Assembly (NCBI GenBank): GCA_000091205.1
Contig: AP006498.2
DNA length: 64,000 nucleotides
Source of the DNA: Cyanidioschyzon merolae
Taxonomy: Eukaryota
Reading direction: 5' to 3' (one strand)
Made by a program: the position numbers and the translations under genes. Positions 32,846-42,195 of the stretch are shown in pieces. Under the pieces are notes generated by a model. It saw nothing but the letters and a program-made list of their open reading frames with translations, had not been told where the DNA came from and searched no databases. Each line of letters begins with the position of its first letter. Position 1 is the first letter of the stretch.

Positions 32846-32927
32846 TACGACCCGAAAGGTTGTGATTCACGAGAATTTCATCGATAGGATTGCGGGTGTA
32901 CAAGCGAAGAACAAGATGCGTTTGAAG
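32759..32927 (+). repeat. Duplicated 75-bp segment: the last 75 bp of the Rpt5 CDS (32759-32835) recurs at 32853-32927, immediately after the stop codon.
   Basis: cgaaaggttgtgattcacgaggatttcatcgatgggattgcggctgtgcaagcgaagaagaaaatgagtttgaa compared with cgaaaggttgtgattcacgagaatttcatcgataggattgcgggtgtacaagcgaagaacaagatgcgtttgaag gives about 90% identity. The copy encodes RKVVIHENFIDRIAGVQAKNKM in ORF 32838-33026. Confidence 0.8.
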
Positions 32928-34229
32928 AACGACGCGGGAACGCGGTTGTGTTTTGGCTACGCGGTGCCACAGAATCACACCGCGAGCGTAGCACCGGGAT
33001 TGCAGCCTGTTCAAAAGTGTGACTAGATTTTCCAGACAAGTTGCACTTGGATCGCTCCGTATTGTGAACCGGATCATTCCTGCACCCGACAATTGAGGCA
33101 TGGTCGGGTTGTGCTGCAAGCAGCTGTCCGGTGAGCGGTGCTCATGGGTACCTTACCATTACGTTTACTCAAAGCGCCGAATACCATATGGATATTGAAA
33201 CCAGGCTCCCAAGCTCCTGACCACTTTCATGTACCTCATTGGTTACATCATGCTCGAACTTGTCCGTGAATACAGTGAAAAGCGATTCAGTTTCGAGCGA
33301 GACAGGTGTACCATGGTGATTGCGACGTTCCCCGCTGAAGCATGGCGAGAGCCTCGTCGAACTGCCTTCTCAACAAGGTATCAAAGAACAGCAAATACAA
33401 CCCTTGATTTTGGCGCATGTCTGTGCGAGCTTTTGGTTGCAATTTGACGACGAAAATGAGTCACAAATCGACATTCACTGCTCTTCTCATTTCAAGAGTG
33501 CACATCTAGAAAGTTCCGAAAGCGCAGCAGCAGCAGCAGCAGCAGTTTCAGATATGGCGACAGCCTGATGCCCGGCCCTCCGCAATACCATTCTCGATGC
33601 ACTTCGAATTGCGGAACTACGTGCGAACAGCACGTGCGCGACCTCGTTCACAAGCAGTGCGATGTGCTGACCATCCCCGAAAAACCGCTGATACACGACG
33701 TAAAGCCACACGGCGAAAGCCTCTGAGCGTAGCTACCCCATGGGACGACATTGCGCACCGAGCAGGGAGTCAAGAACTTGCCCCGTCTACTCCGAGAAAC
33801 GAAATTGCATATGTGCGTTGCTGCAGACGCCTCCCGCCAATACCTGGCGAGTGCGGGAACGCATCCACGCTGACGAACACACGTTGTGCCGGTGCCATGT
33901 GATCCCGCATCACTTTATCGACTCATATTGTGGCATTCGAGACGCCGGATTCGCGATACCCTTTGTTTCCATACTTTGCATACCAGATGCAGCAGTGAAT
34001 GCAGCGCGGAATGATGCAGCGTGCACCTTTCTCGTCGAAAATCTCAATGACCACAGCTGCACGAGGCGCAGGCGTCCTTCACCCGCGTCCGATGCATATG
34101 GAACACGGAACGACTTGCCGGGTTCCTGAATGGAGTTTTTTTTGCGAAAGCTTTTCAGATGCACAGTTTCGAGAATCGCATCGCAGCAATTAGAGATGAT
34201 GGACGCAAACGTGGTCTCCGGATCCTCGC

Positions 34230-35055
34230 AAGCCTTCTCGGAATGGATCATATGACGCTTTGCAAATGGAACCTGGTTACGACACCGGAAGCGAGATGAA
34301 TCGCGATTTGTCGAATAACGCTTCGTAAATCAACCGATATCATTACCAAGTGCATTCTCGCAAGCATCAAAGCTTCTGCTGTTGTTTCCTTTTCGTGCAG
34401 CATGCTCAAAGCACGCATTTTTCAGGTTTCGATTCTTTTAGGCAACACGAGGGCGCAGCCATTGGAGCCATCCATTGACGACGAAAGAAAATCGATTTCG
34501 TCTCTTGACGACTCGTTCATTGGTTCATGCGGCAAGCACCTTGAACAAGTCATATCAATGAATCGACTCCGTTCGATAGCCGAATGCTCCTCTCCTCCTG
34601 GCCATTGATGAAACGATATTCCACGACAGTATGATGCCTCTGATGAGATATGCGCTGAGCGGCTCTCGTACGTGCTGGCTGCGTTTCACAGGATCTTGAA
34701 CTCGGACTTGAGTCATCCCAGCGATCGAGTAAGCGGAGAGTGCGTCGTCGCTTTACACGAACGGAGCATTGACGGATCGAAGGCATATCCAACATTCTAT
34801 TCTCCTGCAGCGGAGGCGCTCTTCCTCGCCCGGTCTAAACACCTTTTGCAGACTGACAATATGGGCGGACCTATATTCTGATAAGCGCCTCCTCGACAGA
34901 GTCAATCTTCACGACAGTGCTGTTCCATAAACCTTATCATTGCAAATCGAACAAGACGTTTGGTATGGAGATCTGGATCGACCTCCAAAGCACATGTCTC
35001 TCATGTTGCTGCTGCTGCTGCTGCACGGTGTGTCAGTCAGCCGAAGATCGATGCG
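34230..35055 (+). mobile_element. Family-Y TnpB/Fanzor-like element, copy C. It is truncated at its 3' side where it meets family-X copy 2.
   Basis: cgtaaatcaaccgatatcattacc, gcatgctcaaagcacgcatttttcaggtt, cgactccgttcgata, gagatatgcgctgagcggctctcg, cttgaactcggac, cagcgatcgag and cattgacggatcgaagg are homologous blocks shared with copies A, B, D and E. There is no TnpB C-terminal region, and the homology stops near 35055. Confidence 0.4.
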
Positions 35056-35059
35056 TCTA

Positions 35060-36480
35060 TTGTTCGTGAAACAAAAATGTTTCATGACCCTGGCAGGTAT
35101 ACATTTACCCATTTACAGACGCCTTCCAGCCATTTTGGACCCGTCCCCTGCTACCGATTTCAGTTTCTCCTTGCACATCTCGAGCATGAGAGGCTGCCTC
35201 ACAAAGTCAGCTCGTGTCAGTTTTTCGGGTCTCGTCTTCAGTGCCACACATCTTCTGATACTGATGGCGGCTTTGAAGCCTCGGCTCACGTGCTCCATGC
35301 GTGCTCCCGCGCTGGTTAAACTTGCCGATGCAAGGATTCCACCGACTCGTGCCCGTTACGCTACTACAGTCCCGTCATCGGTCCGTCGAGGCGAACACTT
35401 TTTGCCGCCTATCTCCCCTCATGATCGTAGTCGTCGTCACTTGCTCTTCTTCGCTCGATACTCCGCGAGAAGAGGTTTTTTTCCTTGATTAGGCATCCGA
35501 GGATGACGGCCCTCCAGGATCCTCGACTTTTACGCACATACCTTTTCCTTAGATTTTTTTATTTATTCAGATGAACCCACTTCTTTATGCACATAGGTGT
35601 GGACCTACGCGGAGCGACTAGAACTTGTGGAAAAAAGAAATTATATGCCCGGCTTGCTACGGTGTGCTGAAAGCTCCAGCGATTCGTCCAGTGGAGCAAT
35701 CATGATACGTTTCACGATAGAAACTACGCCTTCGATTGAATTCAACCTCGGAGCGAATGGATTCATGAAAAGCAGCTCTACACGGTTGCATTCGCGAAAG
35801 CTCGAACGCAACGGGAATGGTGAAATGCCGCGTTGTCGAATAGGAGGACGTCGCCAGACGTCAGCGGAAAAATCCCCAATAATCCGTCGAAGTCGGTGCT
35901 GTTGTACGAGCCTCTTCTACGAGCGAAACTGAGGCGGCCAAATGGATCCACTCTATCTCGAACAGATGAAGGTATCGTCGTTCTCCTCGAGTTCAATCGT
36001 ACACACAACGATCCTTCTACTCTCCGCGAGTACCCATGTAGGGTCCGAACGTCCCGTCCGCAGCAAGTCTCAGCGACTGAAAAACACAAACCGACGTCTC
36101 CGTACAACATAACTATCGCGACGTTCCCGGAACGGTGTAGGTGCAATTTCGGTGAAAGATAGCCGTGGGTGAACTAGGACTCTCTTCTCTTGCGACGGTA
36201 TCCCAATGCTTCCAGAACCCAATGAATTAGTTATTGAGAACCGAAGAGAGCGCGAGAGAGACGCGTATGCCAACTAGAATCGTCGTTTTTGCTTTTCGTA
36301 AAGTGACCAACGGGTCGATTCCTACCGTTGACCAAAGGCACGCTTAGAGCACACTAGTTTTCGCGCAGTGCGCATCTACTTGTTTCTGTCAGTGCTCCTC
36401 AGCTATCAGAGTACTGTGGTATGACTGACCTGAATGAGGAATGCAGAGTCCCCCGCACCACTCAGTAAAGAATATATATC
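35060..36480 (-). mobile_element. Family-X TnpB/Fanzor-like transposon remnant, copy 2 (more decayed).
   Basis: Its ends are homologous to copy 1 (see the 12160-13480 feature). The minus-strand ORF 35113-35298 encodes RGFKAAISIRRCVALKTRPEKLTRADFVRQPLML, in which the RuvC-III Asp is replaced by Gly but the C-terminal tail is conserved. ORF 35778-36146 has FGRLSFARRRGSY, matching FGCLSFARRKRSY in copy 1. Confidence 0.5.
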
Positions 36481-36678
36481 CTAGAGCCAATTCGTCTCCG
36501 ATCTATACAACGCATTGCACCGTAACGTCGACCTCCTGCCACACACTGCGAACTAGCATTCCATAAGAGGCAGTGGCGTTGGAACAACCTCTCGCTGGAC
36601 GCATCTAGCGAACTTCAACGTTCGACGCGCAAGGATTCCGGATGCTATTCTTGTACGCGTTCGTACTGCCGTCGAGGG

Positions 36679-38472
36679 ATGCTTTCACCCACACTTGCCG
36701 ACTCTTTGGCTCTTTTTGTAGGCTCTAAGTTGCCTGTTTGCATCGGGAATAGCGCAGGTGACCAACCTAGCCACCATTTTTGTACAGCAGGTGTTTACCG
36801 AAGGCAGGGAACGAGCAACTCAGCACGCTGGCACTCACGAAGAACCTCGGTTCGTCGGCCGCCACGCGCCTGCGAAGAGTTCGGTCCCCGAAAGACAGGG
36901 GGTAGTTTGCGTGATTCATCCAAAATTGACTCGAGTCATATTTATAATGTAGGGGCGCGAGACACTGCCCGCGACTTGTTCGAACTAGAACCCTTCATGC
37001 AAAACCTGAGAGAGATTTGCGAGGTCTTCGAGGGAAGCATCGCAGCAACCCTTGAGCGAAATCTTATGCTAACGCCTTCCATTGTTCTCATTCGACGCCT
37101 GCATCACAAAGCGATTCTTAACTTTTCGGAGCCGCGAGTTTTGGTACCCACTGCTGTTGCCGAGCAGGCCGCACCGTCAGACTTTGTGCAAGTTCCAGCA
37201 GTCTATGCTGTCCTGGACGGCCCGTCGTGGCGGTATGGTGAACCTTCCTACGAAGAAGAGAGTCTGCAAGATATTCCAATAGACCCGTCGAAGATCAAGC
37301 GCGTTCCGTTGGAGCCCAATGAACGTCGCCTCTATCCTTTTGCAGACTATGTCCTGCAGTACGGCGAAAAGCGCGTTCCGGTCCGCAGCGCTCCAATGGG
37401 GCGAATCGATCAAAAGCGCCTGCGTCGAAACCGTGTCTCCGTCCAGTATATTGGCACCAGTCCTAATGTGGCGCTTAGCGTTCGCCACCACTTGCAACGG
37501 TTCGGCCCCGATACTTGCCAGTTCGTGCGAGTGTGTGTGTTCCCTTCAATGGACGTAGCCAATATGGAGGCCCTGAAGCAGGCGTGGATAGCAGAGATCG
37601 GCTATACTCCTCGAGGAAATCGCACCCAAGATCCGGCGCTAGCCACGTATGTTCAACAGTGGCAAGCTGCTCACGAATGGCTCAACGGTGTGCATCAGTG
37701 TAGCAGCGAGCCGACGCCGCCTCGCAGCGAGCCCGCTGCACAACAAGCCGATGAGACGAACGATGAGGCGCAAGCGCCAACGATACCGTCCCGATCGAAT
37801 AACGTCGGCACAGGGACGTACCCGATGCCACCCGCGGAGGCCTCTGCGAACACGAACTCGCTTCCATCGAGCGCAGCGGAAGCCGCAGCTTGTAGCGGCA
37901 CCGAGGACGAGCAACGTGTCGTATCGCCGTTCCGTAACGAGTCCGTACAGGCTGGCGTCTGCAACGGCCCAGATACGAGGTTGCCGCTTAGTGTGACCAC
38001 GGTTGAGGCGGCGCTTTCGGAAGTTCGCCCGCTCCTCCAAAAAGATGGTGGTGACGTGCAGGTGGTAAGTGTGGATCCCGAGAACGCCACTGTGAGGCTC
38101 CAGTTCCTCGGTGCCTGCGCCTCATGTCCAGCACTGGAGGATACAGTTCGTTTTGGCGTGGAGATTGCTTTACGCAAGTACTTTGGCGAGGAACGCGTTC
38201 GAAACATCGAGCTCGTCCCGGTTACCGAATCCACGCTCTGGGAGCAGAACAACAAAAAACTACTCGAGTCGTGCGAGGTCGTTCTCGATGAGTTGCGGCC
38301 ATCGCTTTTCGCACAAGAGGCTGTTTTTGAGCTAGAGCGCGTTGAACGCGGCGTTCTTTACCTTCGATACAGCAGCTCTGATGATGTTCTGTACCAGATT
38401 TCGCGCATTATTTCCGAACGAGTGCGAGGCATTCTTCGAATCGATGCAAGGCCCTTTGACGACCATGAATAA
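36679..38472 (+). CDS. NFU/NifU-like iron-sulfur cluster scaffold protein (CnfU-type, one functional and one degenerate Nfu domain) with a roughly 430-aa N-terminal region of unknown function.
   Basis: ATG start. Nfu domain LSEVRPLLQKDGGDVQVVSVDPENATVRLQFLGACASCPALEDTVRFGVEIALRKYFGEE with the CxxC pair. It is followed by a second Nfu-like domain lacking the cysteines (VLDELRPSLFAQEAVFELERVERGVLYLRYSSSDDVLYQISRIISERV), the arrangement seen in plastid NFU/CnfU proteins. Confidence 0.65.
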   Translation: MLSPTLADSLALFVGSKLPVCIGNSAGDQPSHHFCTAGVYRRQGTSNSARWHSRRTSVRRPPRACEEFGPRKTGGSLRDSSKIDSSHIYNVGARDTARDLFELEPFMQNLREICEVFEGSIAATLERNLMLTPSIVLIRRLHHKAILNFSEPRVLVPTAVAEQAAPSDFVQVPAVYAVLDGPSWRYGEPSYEEESLQDIPIDPSKIKRVPLEPNERRLYPFADYVLQYGEKRVPVRSAPMGRIDQKRLRRNRVSVQYIGTSPNVALSVRHHLQRFGPDTCQFVRVCVFPSMDVANMEALKQAWIAEIGYTPRGNRTQDPALATYVQQWQAAHEWLNGVHQCSSEPTPPRSEPAAQQADETNDEAQAPTIPSRSNNVGTGTYPMPPAEASANTNSLPSSAAEAAACSGTEDEQRVVSPFRNESVQAGVCNGPDTRLPLSVTTVEAALSEVRPLLQKDGGDVQVVSVDPENATVRLQFLGACASCPALEDTVRFGVEIALRKYFGEERVRNIELVPVTESTLWEQNNKKLLESCEVVLDELRPSLFAQEAVFELERVERGVLYLRYSSSDDVLYQISRIISERVRGILRIDARPFDDHE

Positions 38473-38584
38473 GCCGGTTGCAGTACGCTTGATCTGATTC
38501 GTCTAAAACGGATACATGATCGTTGACTAGACGCGAACTCGAACGGGAATCCGAGTATGCGTCATTGCCTCGAGTACGACATGT

Positions 38585-38612
38585 GCTCCATCTGCTGCTG
38601 CTGCTGCTGCTG
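38585..38612. repeat. (CTG)9 microsatellite.
   Basis: ctgctgctgctgctgctgctgctgcctg. Confidence 0.8.
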
Positions 38613-38865
38613 CTGCCTGAAAGTCGCGAGCATGCTTTCAACGCCGAGAGTTACATCCCAGTCGACTATGCACACCAGAATCTGGGCAAGCGGACACTGT
38701 ATAAATATTCCGAGTTGGCGACACGTTCTCTGAAGCGCAATATGACTCACTTTTGCTGGAAAATCGACCGGTTCTGGCGACCTTCCGCTAAAATATACAG
38801 CATAAGCGTATCGAAACACGTCGCTTCCCGGCCTTGCCACGGACAAGTGAAACTTACCTGCCTAC

Positions 38866-38912
38866 CTATCTTCCTTCCTTCCTTCCTGCCTGCCTGCCTG
38901 CCGGCTCGCAGG
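38866..38912. repeat. (CCTT)n(CCTG)n compound microsatellite.
   Basis: cttccttccttccttcctgcctgcctgcctgcc. Confidence 0.8.
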
Positions 38913-39777
38913 TGCACAAACGACGTCTCTATCCAACAGTCGGGTGCCTCTGTTCGCCGCTTTGCTTTCGTGTGCGCCGACGAATACTTTCGTACCAAGT
39001 TTGTCGCCGGGGAACTTCAGGCATCCGGTCAAGCTTCCCGAGAGTCGGTCTGAGCGCAGCACTCGGAACGGACTCTGCCCTTCTGGGAGAGCTGGTTCCT
39101 TGCTGTCAAATGGCAATACGGAGCGCCCGCAGCTCCCGTCTGGAGGCCTTGGGGCCTCTAGGCTGTGCGCCGCTGAATGAACTTACAACGCAAACCACTG
39201 TTATTGTTTCCCTACGCAAGGATCAATTCATGTTCCTTCAGCTTCCGCAAGGCCGCTCTGCGTCTAAAGTCCCCGCAACTTTGCTACACTGCTCGCGACG
39301 CCTTGCTAGCTTGCACACCTAAAGTGTTCCTGTTCGAAAATAGTGCAGTTGCTATGACTCCCCGGTCCTTTGCATGCTCCCGAATACTGTTCTTCAGTGC
39401 TCGTGTATCCAGCTTGAGTGCCTGCAATAGCCAAGGGCCGTTGGGGACGTGCACCATCAGCGTCTAGCTTGCCCTCCTGACAGTGCGAGGGTACACAAGG
39501 GCTTGTCTCGGACCGCGCTTGAGCCTCCAACTGTAGGCCGCAGCCCCGTATGTGATACCACGATACCCTGACACGTCCCGTGAACACAGTCGTCACGTGA
39601 GCACCAAAATGCGTTACGTCCTAGCGTACGTCATAAACTGCTGCTTTTTCCGACGCTGCATACCGTGTCGTCGCATGCCAGCTGGCCAGGGAGGCGTCTG
39701 AGCGCCCGCCCTCACATGAACAGGCCGTTGTTCCACAGCGGCACCGTGCGTCGTTGTCTGCAGCGTGAAAACCTCCC

Positions 39778-41922
39778 ATGGGTTTTGCTTTTTCAGCCAA
39801 AGGGGAATTCTTTACACCCTGCGAACCACAGAAAACGTATGTAAGTGGTCTGAGCAACCAAAGATGCGTTCAGCAGCGAACACCGCGTTTCCTCTTTAGG
39901 AGAGGGGGCTGCTGTCGCAGTTGCCGTCGCTGCTGCAACGTGCAGCCACTGCAGCGGCGACTCGTGAGCCGCTTGGAGGAAAAAAGACCCACTGAAGAAA
40001 AATCTGATGCACACGGACCGAATCCTCTCAAATCAGGCTCTCCGTTGTCGTTTGGGACCTTCTTGAAGAGCCGGTTCCAGGAGTTCCGACGCTTCTTGGC
40101 TGAACCCGTGCGAATCTCCGTTCCCAAACCGCTTTTGATCATAGTCGGCGTTGTGGGTAGCATCTTCGTGATCGCTTTCGTATCCTATGCTCCGGACTGG
40201 AAAACCGAGTCGAAAATCCGTGAAAAGGTAGCTTTATTCGACTTTATCCTCACGGATATTGTGCACGGCTACGTGGACCCCGTTGATACTGACCAACTTT
40301 TCGAGGCCGGAGTCGATGGGATGCTTGGCTCTCTTGATCCTTATACCCAGTTTGAGGGAAATATTGCTGCTAGGGAAATGCAACTCAAAACCTCCGGACG
40401 ATACGGCGGTGTGGGGCTTGGTATCGCACAAAGCATTTTGCAACCCGAAGAGACAGTGGTGCTGAACGCTTTCGAAGGCTATGCTTTCGACCGCGGTGTC
40501 CGAGCCGGCGACGTCATTGTGGAAGTTGACGGCACACCGGTACGCGGTATGCCACTGGACAAAGTAACGGAGCTTTTGCGTGGCGAGCCCGGTACGCTGG
40601 TGCGCGTGCGCCTCGCCCGGGAAACGCGAGCACCCGACGGCAGTCGACGTCTCTTTGACGTGGTGCTCCCGCGTCGCCTCGTTACCATCCATGATGTGCC
40701 GCTCTACGGTATGATTAGAAGCTACGATGGAGTCGGTTACATTCGGCTGCAGTCGTTTGCAACGAATGCAGGTCGGGAACTGCGAGCTGCTATTGATAAC
40801 ATGGTTCGAACGGGTCGATTGAAGGCCCTCGTACTGGATCTACGCAATAACCCCGGCGGCTTGTTGGACGCTGCCGTGGAAACCGCAGAGGCGCTTGTTC
40901 CCAAAGATTCAGCTATTGTGAGCACCAAAGGCCGCGCGCTCGGAGAGACCGTCTTCATGAGTGATCGGGAGCCGTCCTTGCCGGCGGATGTTCGACTCGT
41001 GGTGCTCACGAACGAGCAGACTGCCTCTGCAGCGGAGATCGTCGCTGGTGCTGTTCAAGACCTCGATCGCGGCGTTATTGTCGGAACGCGCACTTTCGGC
41101 AAGGGTCTCGTTCAGAATGTGGAGCCTTTACCCTATAACACCGCGCTCAAGTATACGGTTGGCAAATATTATACACCATCGGGACGCTGTATCCAGTCCG
41201 TGAACTACAAAGAGGGAAGCGCGCTGACAGCCGCGCTGCCGGAAGCCGAGAGCGGTCGACCTTTTCTGGATCCTTCGGGGACGTTGGTACCGGCGTTACC
41301 GCCAGCAAACGGAGCAGCGCGCTACCTGTCAACGAAAGTTCCCGAGTCGGAGCGCAAAACCTTTCGCACACTGCATGGACGCATCGTTCGTGACGGTGGT
41401 GGCATTGAGCCCGACATGGAATCCACTGTAACGAAACCGAGTGAGCTGGAGCTGCAGTTATTAGAGGGGGGCAAGTTTTTCTTTTTTGCAAATCGGTACG
41501 CTGCAGGCATATCAAGCCTCCCCGAGGACTTCGAGGTCGACGACAAGCTGTACAAGGAGTTCCAGCGATACGTTCTCGAAGATGCTAGCAAATGGCGAGA
41601 GCACACCCGATTTGAGCCAGGTTTGAAGCTGTTCACGAGCACTTTTGCAGAGGCAGGCTACAAGAATGCTGAAAAGGAACTAGAACATCTGCGAGAGACC
41701 ATTGTCACTGAACTCAAGCAGGACTTTGAACGGCACGCCGATGCCATTCGGCAGCGATTGGAGGATGCCATTCGACAGCGCTTTGAGCCAGAGAGCCGCC
41801 GACTCTCTGCAGCCCTTCGGTACGACAAGGTACTTCAGGATGCATTGCGGCTTTTGACGGAGAAACAAGGCGAAGCGTATGAGCGTCTGCTGCAACCAGC
41901 AGCCGAGACTGCACAAACCTGA
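39778..41922 (+). CDS. ctpA: C-terminal processing peptidase (S41 family, CtpA / tail-specific protease type; candidate photosystem II D1 processing protease) with N- and C-terminal extensions.
   Basis: ATG start. A PDZ-like segment (GVRAGDVIVEVDGTPVRGMPLDKVTELLRGEPGTLVRVRL) is followed by the S41 catalytic core VLDLRNNPGGLLDAAVETAEALV ... TASAAEIVAGAVQDLDRGVIVGTRTFGKGLVQNV, with the Ser in NNPGG and the Lys in TFGKG. About 200 aa lie C-terminal to the core. Confidence 0.8.
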   Translation: MGFAFSAKGEFFTPCEPQKTYVSGLSNQRCVQQRTPRFLFRRGGCCRSCRRCCNVQPLQRRLVSRLEEKRPTEEKSDAHGPNPLKSGSPLSFGTFLKSRFQEFRRFLAEPVRISVPKPLLIIVGVVGSIFVIAFVSYAPDWKTESKIREKVALFDFILTDIVHGYVDPVDTDQLFEAGVDGMLGSLDPYTQFEGNIAAREMQLKTSGRYGGVGLGIAQSILQPEETVVLNAFEGYAFDRGVRAGDVIVEVDGTPVRGMPLDKVTELLRGEPGTLVRVRLARETRAPDGSRRLFDVVLPRRLVTIHDVPLYGMIRSYDGVGYIRLQSFATNAGRELRAAIDNMVRTGRLKALVLDLRNNPGGLLDAAVETAEALVPKDSAIVSTKGRALGETVFMSDREPSLPADVRLVVLTNEQTASAAEIVAGAVQDLDRGVIVGTRTFGKGLVQNVEPLPYNTALKYTVGKYYTPSGRCIQSVNYKEGSALTAALPEAESGRPFLDPSGTLVPALPPANGAARYLSTKVPESERKTFRTLHGRIVRDGGGIEPDMESTVTKPSELELQLLEGGKFFFFANRYAAGISSLPEDFEVDDKLYKEFQRYVLEDASKWREHTRFEPGLKLFTSTFAEAGYKNAEKELEHLRETIVTELKQDFERHADAIRQRLEDAIRQRFEPESRRLSAALRYDKVLQDALRLLTEKQGEAYERLLQPAAETAQT

Positions 41923-41944
41923 ACCTCATTTGTAGGAGGATGCG

Positions 41945-41955
41945 CACCAGCAGGT

Positions 41956-41999
<44 letters not shown>

Positions 42000-42000
42000 T
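41945..42000. repeat. (CAG)n(TAG)n microsatellite just 3' of ctpA.
   Basis: cagcagcagcagcagcagcagcagcagcagtagtagtagtag. Confidence 0.8.
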
Positions 42001-42195
42001 CGAGCCAAGTGCGCTGCTGCGGAAGTGCTCCGAATGGCTTCGCAATAGCGCCCTGCACCTCTGTCAGATTCAAATGGAACACAAAACTGCTCGCCATGTT
42101 CCTGTGTTGAGGCTTTTTAACCAAAGTCTGTTCAGGCGCAGAGCCTCGACATGCGTAACGCAGCACAACGAGTTCAGGAATTCATGATTAGCTAT

